Origin: Escherichia coli
GTDB lineage: Bacteria > Pseudomonadota > Gammaproteobacteria > Enterobacterales > Enterobacteriaceae
DNA: 64,000 nucleotides
Direction: 5' to 3' (one strand)
NCBI RefSeq assembly: GCF_003018115.1
Contig: NZ_CP027457.1
The notes beneath the pieces are model-generated. The model searched no databases. It saw only the letters and a program-made list of their open reading frames with translations, and had not been told where the DNA came from. Each line of letters begins with the position of its first letter. Positions within the stretch are counted from its first letter, which is position 1. This document shows positions 38,220-46,107 of this stretch, in pieces. The position numbers were made by a program, and so were the translations under genes.

Positions 38220-38230
38220 AAGAGACAACC

Positions 38231-38267
38231 ATACTCAAATCTCCCACATTGCAGGAGATTTGAGTAT
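38231..38267. promoter_or_regulatory. perfect 14-bp inverted repeat between divergent starts
   Basis: atactcaaatctcc (38231-38244) / ggagatttgagtat (38254-38267) with 9-nt loop; the right arm contains the ggag SD and the first two nt of the recombinase ATG. Confidence 0.6.
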
Positions 38268-38868
38268 GAACACGTCACCGTGGAACAAAGACCGTATCAT
38301 CGCCCAAAAAAGACCACTTCAGATATCTCATATCTGGGAGATCCGAATCCGGCTTGAACTGGAAGGTAAAACGCGCGATTTAGCTCTGTTCAATATGGCC
38401 CAGGACAGTAAGCTTCGAGGCTGTGATCTGGTCAAACTCAAAGTATCGAATGTGGCATATGGTAGCTCGGTTTCAAGCAGAGAAACGGTGTTGCAACAAA
38501 AAACCGGTAACCTTGTGCAATTCGAGATAACCAAAGGGACAAGAGAAGCTGTTGCTGCATTGATAAAGCTTGGCAATTTGCACAGTAAAGACTTCTTGTT
38601 TCGGTCTCGGGTCGGAACTAATCGGCACATATCAACCCAGCAATACAGCCGAATTTTTCATGGGTGGGTAGAAAAGCTTGGTCTCGAAGCTTCGCTGTAC
38701 AGCACACAATCCATGAGAAGAACAAAACCTTACCTAATCTACAAGAAAACCAAGAATCTCCGGATCATCCAACTTCTGTTGGGTCATAAGAAACTGGAAA
38801 GCACGATCCGTTATCTGGGCATTGAAGTCGATGATGCGTTAGAGACCTCTGAATCGATTGAAGTCTAA
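38266..38868 (+). CDS. short (200-aa) tyrosine recombinase, FimB/FimE-sized
   Basis: ATG 38266 preceded by aggag; catalytic signature ...SKLRGCDL..., ...QSMRRTKP..., LLGHKKLESTIRYLG (R...R...H...Y); no long N-terminal arm-binding domain. Confidence 0.8.
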   Translation: MNTSPWNKDRIIAQKRPLQISHIWEIRIRLELEGKTRDLALFNMAQDSKLRGCDLVKLKVSNVAYGSSVSSRETVLQQKTGNLVQFEITKGTREAVAALIKLGNLHSKDFLFRSRVGTNRHISTQQYSRIFHGWVEKLGLEASLYSTQSMRRTKPYLIYKKTKNLRIIQLLLGHKKLESTIRYLGIEVDDALETSESIEV

Positions 38869-38895
38869 GGTTGTCAGAGCTGCAATAGCAGCCCC

Positions 38896-38910
38896 GTGCC
38901 AGGAGCGGAC
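38896..38910 (+). repeat. right copy of 15-nt direct repeat gtgccaggagcggac
   Basis: 28 nt after the recombinase stop; identical to 37385-37399. Confidence 0.6.
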
Positions 38911-39026
38911 CTAACTAAGTTCATACAACATTGATTATTGAAGATTAGGTCAGAAATAAATACTTTATTTTGATAATTTAGTTACGTTAGAACACCGCAA
39001 TGTACAACGTAAAAATGAGGAATAAT

Positions 39027-40388
39027 ATGACTCGGAGTGAAATAAACGTCTGGGATGAGAGAAGAGGTACCAATAGTCATCGAGTGGAGGAGATTCGATC
39101 TGAAGCTCAGCACGACCTTTCTCGATTGATTCACTCGTCTGCTTTCAGACGATTACAATCCAAAACACAGGTTCTTGGTCTGGGTGAAAGTGATTTCTAC
39201 CGCACACGACTGACTCATTCTATGGAAGTCGCACAAATCGGTTCAGGTCTTCTTGCTAAGTTGAAAATAAAATATAAAGGTAAAGAGCAAGAGCAATTTT
39301 TACCAGATAACGCTCTTATGCAGGCAGTATGTCTCGCACATGATATTGGACATCCTCCATTTGGTCACGGCGGTGAGGTAGCTCTTAACTACTGTATGCA
39401 GGATTACGGTGGTTTTGAAGGAAACGGTCAGACGCTTCGCATTCTCTCGAAACTAGATAAGTATACCTTAGAACACGGACTCGATCCTACACGCAGACTT
39501 CTGCTAGGCATACTGAAATATCCGGTTAAATACTCGGAGCTAGTGGTTACAAAAGACAGAATCCCGGTCACTATCGGATCACCAAACTGGCTCTTTAAGT
39601 CATCTGATTTTAAACCTCCAAAATGCTATCTAGATTCAGAATGCGATGTTGTAAAATTTGCTCTCTCACCATTTACTGAACAGGATCGGAGGCTTTTTAC
39701 TTCCGTTGAAGATGGTCAAACTAAATCCGATCATAAAAAAGCTTCTTATAAAGCTCTCGATACAACTATAATGGATCTTGCCGATGAAATTTCGTATTCG
39801 CTGCACGATTTGGAGGATGCTATTTCTCTCGGAATGGTGACACGAGAAATGTGGATGGAGCATTTCAGTGAACATGAAACCCTATTTACTAACTGCCATG
39901 GAAAAATATTTTCCGAAACATGCCAATCTGTAGCGGATAGCCTTTTTGGTGAAAGTTACAAGAGAAAAGAGTGCATCGGGATGCTGGTTCACCTGATGAT
40001 TACAAGCGTTGAGCTTATTACAAAGAATCCAGCATTCGAATGTGGCATGCTCAAATATAATGCGGTCCTTCCGGAAGCGGTCGAAGCACTACGGTTGAAA
40101 ATTTTCAAACTGGTCAAAAATAAAGTAATTAAGCATGAAAATGTACAGCAGCTTGAATTCAAGGGACAAAAGTTGATTGTTGAGCTCTTCGGTGTGTTGG
40201 CGAACGATCCGTGTCGGTTTCTACCTGCCTCAACGAGGGAAATTTACGAGCGGCAGACTAGCTTAGACAAGAAGGCTGGTATGCGAGTCATTTGCGACTA
40301 TGTTTCAGGGATGACTGATGACTATGCAACAAAGCTTTATGAGAAGATCCTTATTCCACGCAAAGGGTCTATTTTTGACCATCTCTAA
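39027..40388 (+). CDS. dGTPase-family HD-domain dNTP triphosphohydrolase
   Basis: ORF 39000..40388; ATG 39027 follows aggaa; motifs IHSSAFRRLQSKTQV, YRTRLTHSMEVAQIG, HDIGHPPFGHGGE, DLADEISYSLHDLEDA. Confidence 0.85.
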   Translation: MTRSEINVWDERRGTNSHRVEEIRSEAQHDLSRLIHSSAFRRLQSKTQVLGLGESDFYRTRLTHSMEVAQIGSGLLAKLKIKYKGKEQEQFLPDNALMQAVCLAHDIGHPPFGHGGEVALNYCMQDYGGFEGNGQTLRILSKLDKYTLEHGLDPTRRLLLGILKYPVKYSELVVTKDRIPVTIGSPNWLFKSSDFKPPKCYLDSECDVVKFALSPFTEQDRRLFTSVEDGQTKSDHKKASYKALDTTIMDLADEISYSLHDLEDAISLGMVTREMWMEHFSEHETLFTNCHGKIFSETCQSVADSLFGESYKRKECIGMLVHLMITSVELITKNPAFECGMLKYNAVLPEAVEALRLKIFKLVKNKVIKHENVQQLEFKGQKLIVELFGVLANDPCRFLPASTREIYERQTSLDKKAGMRVICDYVSGMTDDYATKLYEKILIPRKGSIFDHL

Positions 40389-41372
40389 CACGGTAAGAAT
40401 GATACTCTGAGTTCAATTGACCTATAAACATTAACCAAGGCATCTACCAGGGGGGATATCAAATCCCCCCATTCTGAATTTGTTCATGCAGAATCGGTGA
40501 ACGTTCTCATCTGAGCGTTAAACGCCAATAATCATTGATCTACACTGATCATTAATACACCTTAATACCATTAGCGTCTTACTCCGTTATGAGAACAAAC
40601 GCGAACTTCCGCTGTTCGCTCAAAGCAGACCATTCGCTCAGTTAACGCATCAGTGTCGTGCTAGAAGTAGAAGTGGTTAACAACAATGTGAGTTAATCAA
40701 CGGAGAGCAGGTCAACTCTAACCTGTATCAAAAAACAAATGTGTCATAAAGATGCCGCATGCCTTAATTTGAGTATAATTGAGACGGAAGTAGACGGTTT
40801 ATGACTAGATATTGTTGATATATAGCTATTTGAAGAGTTGTAGCGCAAGCGCATAGCCCAAACTAATAACGCTACGCCCCTTATCAAAGAGCGGCAACGA
40901 TGCACAGCTCGCACGAGACAATATTCGCACAAGAAATCAGGTTCGGAAATAACCAGCTCTGGCATGGCGGGGAGAGTATCAATGGTCAGGCTTTCGGTAA
41001 GATGCGGCGGGATGAGGTCGGCGTGGGTTACAGCAGTACAAGGTCGCCCACAGAGGGTAAGCCACAGCGTGGAATCCTCGGTTTCTATCAGGGATTCGGC
41101 GAAGCGGGCGCAGTTGTCGACCAAGACGATGAAATCCATTGTGGCATTATAAGGGAACGAACAATAGATCGAGTAAATCGCAGTCAGGGACAAGGATTGT
41201 AGTCATAGAGAAGTCTCCTGTAACGGTTTTCAGGAGGCTAATCCCGACGCCTGATTTCGCAGGCGCGGAAAGAGAGGATACTGCGACCATTAATCCGCCA
41301 CAAGTCATTTACGTACATAAATCGCGCAGTCAGATCCGACTCCCACTGTAGTTCTTGAACTTGATACCACAT

Positions 41373-41389
41373 TTAGCTAATTTAGCTAA
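41373..41389. promoter_or_regulatory. tandem palindromes TTAGCTAA-t-TTAGCTAA (putative operator)
   Basis: Two self-complementary octamers at 41373-41380 and 41382-41389, 26 nt upstream of the small HTH ORF that heads the R-M operon. Confidence 0.5.
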
Positions 41390-41414
41390 ATTATCCAGTA
41401 TACCAGTGGTTGCC

Positions 41415-41660
41415 ATGAATATGAATGAAGATGAGATTTATCGCCATATCCGGCAGGCACTTTCCAGTGCGCCGCGTAACCAGTACACCGTCGAGCTACA
41501 CCTGCAAATGATTAAATATGCCGACGAACTGGAACACATTACGGCAAAAGCCTTTTGCGAAGGCACCGGTCTGAGCCAGAGCCTCGGTACCGAATTCAGC
41601 AAAATGCGTAACTTAACCCGTCGGTTGAAGGCCGCCGGTCTGAATACCGATCTGCTGTAA
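41415..41660 (+). CDS. small putative HTH protein preceding hsdM
   Basis: ORF 41355..41660; ATG 41415 gives 81 aa MNMNEDEIYRHIRQALSS...ITAKAFCEGTGLSQSLGTEFSKMRNLTRRLKAAG (HTH-like by eye). Confidence 0.6.
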   Translation: MNMNEDEIYRHIRQALSSAPRNQYTVELHLQMIKYADELEHITAKAFCEGTGLSQSLGTEFSKMRNLTRRLKAAGLNTDLL

Positions 41661-41699
41661 CCGACTTACGGCAGATTATCGCGCAAAACGAGATATTTA

Positions 41700-44138
41700 A
41701 TGGCTATCAAAAAAACCGAACTCTATTCTTCCCTGTGGGCAAGCTGCGACGAACTGCGTGGCGGGATGGACGCCAGCCAGTACAAAGACTATGTACTGAC
41801 CCTGCTGTTTATGAAGTACGTTTCCGATAAGTATAAAGGCGATCCTTACGGGATGATCGTGATACCCAAAGGAGCCAGCTTTGACGATATGGTTGCGCTG
41901 AAAAATGACAAAGAGATCGGCGACAAAATCAACAAAATCATCCACAAGCTGGCGGAAGAGAACGGCCTGAAGGGCGTCATCGACGAAGCCGACTTTAACG
42001 ACGAAGATAAGCTCGGCAAAGGCAAGGAAATGATTGACCGCCTGAGCAAGCTTGTCGGTATCTTTGAAGGGTTAGATCTCTCCAGCAACCGGGCCGAAGG
42101 CGACGATCTGTTGGGCGATGCCTATGAATATCTGATGCGTCACTTCGCAACCGAATCCGGCAAGAGTAAAGGGCAGTTTTACACTCCGGCGGAGGTGTCA
42201 CGTATTCTGGCGAAGGTGATTGGTATTACTCCCGATACGCCGCGAGATGCAACGGTTTATGACCCAACCTGTGGCTCTGGTTCGCTGCTGTTGAAAGTGA
42301 ATGATGAAGCCCGGCGCGGACTATCGATTTTCGGCCAGGAGATGGATAACGCTACCAGTGCACTGGCGCGGATGAACATGATTCTGCATAACAATGCCAC
42401 CGCGAAAATCTGGCAGGGTAATACGCTGAGCGATCCGCAGTGGAAAGAGGCGAACGGCAAACTGAAAGCCTTCGATTTTGCCGTGGCGAACCCGCCTTTT
42501 TCCAATAAAAACTGGACCAACGGGTTGACGCCGAAAAAAGATCCGTTTGAACGCTTCGGCTGGGGCATTCCGCCGGAGAAAAACGGCGATTATGCTTTTT
42601 TGCTGCATATCATTAAAAGCCTGAAAAGTACCGGCAAAGGCGCGGTGATCCTGCCCCATGGCGTACTGTTTCGCGGTAACGCCGAGGCAAATATCCGTGA
42701 AAATCTAATCAAGCAGGGCTATATCAAAGGCGTTATTGGTTTGCCGGCCAACCTGTTTTACGGCACCGGCATCCCGGCGTGCATTATTGTGATTGATAAA
42801 GAGCACGCCCACAGCCGCAAAGGCATTTTTATGATCGACGCCAGTCGGGGCTTTATCAAAGATGGCAACAAGAACCGCCTGCGTAGCCGAGATATTCACC
42901 GCATTGTGGACGTGTTCAACCATCAGCGAACGGTGCCGGGCTACAGCCGGATGGTGCCCTCCAGCGAGATCGCCGGAAATGATTACAACCTGAATATTCC
43001 TCGCTATATCGAGAGCGGCGAGCCGGAAGATTTGCACGATCTGACCGCGCACTTACAGGGCGGTATTCCAGCACGCGATGTGGATGCTTTGCAGGATTAC
43101 TGGCGGGTATTCCCTGCCCTGCGCAACGTGCTGTTTGCTGACGACCGTTCCGGTTACTGTCGGGCGCAGGTGAACGCGCAGCAGGTGAAACCAACCATTC
43201 TGGCACATCAGGAGTTTAAGGATTTTGCCACCCGCAGCCTGCTACCGTTTAAAGCGTGGGTGAAAGAGGCAAGTCTGGAAGAGATTCGCAAAGGTGATAA
43301 ACCCAAAGCGCTGATCCACGATATCAGCGAGATGTTGCTTGTGCAGTACGCCAACAGTGAGTTGCTGAACAAGTACAGCGTGTACCAGATCCTGATGGAT
43401 TACTGGGCTGATGTCATGCAGGACGATGTGTATGTGATTATGCAGGATGGCTGGCAAGCCGCCGCGCAAATCCGCGAGCTTCAACCGGTGAAAGGCAAAG
43501 ATGGCAAAAACATCTGGAAAGAAACGCACGATTTCGAGTTTACCAAACAGCGCTACAAGGCCGATGTGCTACCCCGTTCACTAGTGGAAATTCGCTGCTT
43601 CCCGGAACTGCTGGATACGTTGAACCGCGCGCAGGAGCGCAGTGAAGAAGCCAGTCGTCAGCTAGCGGAACTCATCGAGGAGCAGGCAGGGGAAGAGGAT
43701 CTGCTGGCTGAGGCGAAGAACGATAAAGATAAGGTGACGCAAAAGCTGGTGAATGCCCGTCTGGCACAGTTGAAGAAAACCCCTGCCGACCCAGATGAGC
43801 TGGCAGTGCTGAACCGCTGTCTGGCGCTGATTAAGGCCGAGGCCAGTGCGAAAAAAGCGCTGAAAGCCGCACAGGAAGCGTTGGATCGAGCGGTATTTAA
43901 ACATTATCCCACGCTGGATGAAACAGCGATTAAAACGCTGGTAGTGCAGGATAAGTGGCTGGCAACGTTGCAGGCAGGAATCAAGGCGGAGATTGAGCGT
44001 ATTACCCAGCAACTGGCGTCGCGCGTAAAGGAGCTGGAAGAGCGTTATGCTGAACCGTTGCCAGCGCTTGAAGCCTCCGTTGAGGCGTTGAGCGAGAAAG
44101 TGGCCGGGCATTTGCGGGCGATGGGGCTGGAGTGGTGA
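41700..44138 (+). CDS. hsdM: type I R-M methyltransferase subunit (long form, 812 aa)
   Basis: AdoMet motif VYDPTCGSGSLLL and catalytic motif FAVANPPFS; about 330-aa charged, helical-looking C-terminal extension. Confidence 0.92.
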   Translation: MAIKKTELYSSLWASCDELRGGMDASQYKDYVLTLLFMKYVSDKYKGDPYGMIVIPKGASFDDMVALKNDKEIGDKINKIIHKLAEENGLKGVIDEADFNDEDKLGKGKEMIDRLSKLVGIFEGLDLSSNRAEGDDLLGDAYEYLMRHFATESGKSKGQFYTPAEVSRILAKVIGITPDTPRDATVYDPTCGSGSLLLKVNDEARRGLSIFGQEMDNATSALARMNMILHNNATAKIWQGNTLSDPQWKEANGKLKAFDFAVANPPFSNKNWTNGLTPKKDPFERFGWGIPPEKNGDYAFLLHIIKSLKSTGKGAVILPHGVLFRGNAEANIRENLIKQGYIKGVIGLPANLFYGTGIPACIIVIDKEHAHSRKGIFMIDASRGFIKDGNKNRLRSRDIHRIVDVFNHQRTVPGYSRMVPSSEIAGNDYNLNIPRYIESGEPEDLHDLTAHLQGGIPARDVDALQDYWRVFPALRNVLFADDRSGYCRAQVNAQQVKPTILAHQEFKDFATRSLLPFKAWVKEASLEEIRKGDKPKALIHDISEMLLVQYANSELLNKYSVYQILMDYWADVMQDDVYVIMQDGWQAAAQIRELQPVKGKDGKNIWKETHDFEFTKQRYKADVLPRSLVEIRCFPELLDTLNRAQERSEEASRQLAELIEEQAGEEDLLAEAKNDKDKVTQKLVNARLAQLKKTPADPDELAVLNRCLALIKAEASAKKALKAAQEALDRAVFKHYPTLDETAIKTLVVQDKWLATLQAGIKAEIERITQQLASRVKELEERYAEPLPALEASVEALSEKVAGHLRAMGLEW

Positions 44139-45445
44139 TGGTGGATTTAATGGTGAATGAGCAACGATCAGGTACGGCGGGGAAAGATGTGCCTGCGGGG
44201 TATAAGCTGACTGAGGTGGGGGTGATTCCTGAGGATTGGGTAGTAATCTCTATTGATGACTGTACAACCAAAGTTGGTAGTGGAAAAACACCAACTGGTG
44301 GAGCATCTGTTTATATTGATAGCGGACGCCCTTTTGTCCGTAGCCAAAATGTTGATTGGGGAAGATTAGATCTCGCCGATGTCGTACATATTACAGATGA
44401 AACCCATAACACATTCTCTGGTTCTGAAATTCAGCAAGATGATGTTTTACTCAACATAACGGGAGCATCTATCGGCCGATGCGCTAAAGCTGATTTTAGG
44501 GTTATAGGTGGTAATGTTAACCAACATGTTTGCATCATCAGAACAGAGGCAAAAAAACTCTCCCCATCCTTACTGGTTGAATTAATCAATTCAAATTATG
44601 GACAAAACCAGATTGATAGTTATCAAGCCGGAGGAAACAGAGAAGGACTGAATTTTTCTCAAGTTAAAAATCTTAAGTTTGCTATTACACCAAACTCCCT
44701 TGAACAAACGGAAATTGTCAGAACATTAAATGATATTAATGCATTCACTCTCGCTCTGGAAAACTTAATTGCTAAAAAACAGGCCATAAAAGCCGCTGCT
44801 ATGCAACAACTACTCACCGGTAAAACCCGTTTGCCGCAGTTTGCGTTGCGCAAAGATGGATCTGCTAAGAGATATAAAAAGAGCAAGTTGGGGGAGACTC
44901 CAGAAGATTGGGCAGTTAATAATATTGGAGATTTATTCTCCATTACCGCAGGAGGAGATTTAAGACAGTCTGAATTCTCTAATATTCAATCTGAAAAACA
45001 TCTTTACCCTATTTATTCCAATGCAATTAGTCATTATGGTTTATATGGCTATTGCCAGAGTTATGATTATGTTGGTGACTATCTAACAATCACTGCGAGG
45101 GGAGGAATCGGCCATGCCGTGGCAAGAAAAGGAAGATTCTGTGCAATTGGACGATTATTAGTTCTTAGTCCAAAAGGAGATTCAAACGTAAAATTTTATG
45201 AAGGGTATATAAACCAATACTTATCATTTGCAAATGAGAGCACTGGAGTCCCTCAACTTACAGCTCCTCAAGTTGCAAAATATCCGGTTGTTTCCCCATG
45301 CATTGAAGAACAAACCGCCATCGCCACCATCCTCTCCGATATGGACAAGGAAATTCAGACCCTGCAACAACGTCTGGACAAAACCCGTCAGCTTAAACAG
45401 GGGATGATGCAGGAGCTGTTAACCGGGAAAACACGCTTAATATAA
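44135..45445 (+). CDS. hsdS: type I R-M specificity subunit
   Basis: Start overlaps hsdM stop; two AT-rich variable TRDs separated by conserved [26 protein letters not shown] and ending [17 protein letters not shown]. Confidence 0.92.
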   Translation: MMVDLMVNEQRSGTAGKDVPAGYKLTEVGVIPEDWVVISIDDCTTKVGSGKTPTGGASVYIDSGRPFVRSQNVDWGRLDLADVVHITDETHNTFSGSEIQQDDVLLNITGASIGRCAKADFRVIGGNVNQHVCIIRTEAKKLSPSLLVELINSNYGQNQIDSYQAGGNREGLNFSQVKNLKFAITPNSLEQTEIVRTLNDINAFTLALENLIAKKQAIKAAAMQQLLTGKTRLPQFALRKDGSAKRYKKSKLGETPEDWAVNNIGDLFSITAGGDLRQSEFSNIQSEKHLYPIYSNAISHYGLYGYCQSYDYVGDYLTITARGGIGHAVARKGRFCAIGRLLVLSPKGDSNVKFYEGYINQYLSFANESTGVPQLTAPQVAKYPVVSPCIEEQTAIATILSDMDKEIQTLQQRLDKTRQLKQGMMQELLTGKTRLI

Positions 45446-45456
45446 AAGGGAAACCT

Positions 45457-46107
45457 ATGACTACAGCGCCAGCCTCAATCCGCAAAAAGCCCTGATCTGG
45501 CGTATCGTCCATCGGGACAATATCCCGTGGATTCTGGACAATGGTCTGCACTGCGGCAACAGCCCGGTGCAGGCTGCTAACTGGATCAATATCGGCAACC
45601 CGGAGCTTATCGGCAAGCACGCCGGACATCCGGTACCTGTCGGGACGGGCGGGACACTGCGTGACTATGTGCCATTTTATTTTACCCCCTTCTCGCCAAT
45701 GCTGATGAACATCCACAGCGGACGTGGCGGCATTAAGCAACGCCCCAATGAAGAGATCGTTATTCTGGTCAGCAGCCTGCGGCACGTGGCAGCACACGAC
45801 GTGCCCTTCGTGTTTACCGACAGCCATGCTTACTATAACTGGACCAACTACTACACCAGTCTGGATAGTCTGGACCAGATCGACTGGCCCATTTTGCAGG
45901 CACGGGACTTTCGCCGCGATCCAGACGATCCGGCTAAATTTGAACGCTATCAGGCAGAGGCGCTAATCTGGCAACACTGCCCGATCTCGCTGCTGGATGG
46001 GATAATTTGTTACAGCGAAGAGGTCAGGTTACAATTAGAACAATGGTTGTTTCAGCGTAATCTAACAATGTCCGTTCACACACGGGCTGGATTGGTACTT
46101 CTCATGA
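45457..46107 (+). pseudogene. darT: DarT ssDNA ADP-ribosyltransferase toxin, out of frame at both ends
   Basis: ATG 45457 (frame 1) stops after 12 codons; body in frame 0 ([19 protein letters not shown]...[16 protein letters not shown]...[11 protein letters not shown]...RYQAEALIW...) aligns with recalled Thermus DarT; native-looking end ..DWYFS* (TGA 46105-46107) is back in frame 1. Confidence 0.8.

Noticed and set aside
40450-40470. ggggggatatcaaatcccccc considered as a serX-derived att repeat (it resembles the T-arm gggggttcgaatccccc)
   Set aside because: The similarity is limited to the G/C runs, and the loop and the 3' acceptor sequence (ctcaccgcca) are absent. It is more simply a hairpin after the dGTPase-family gene.
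40744-41193. 149-aa minus-strand ORF as a real gene
   Set aside because: It has no recognisable motif, no convincing RBS, and an odd Cys/Ser-rich N-terminus. It is kept only as part of the unexplained-gap finding.
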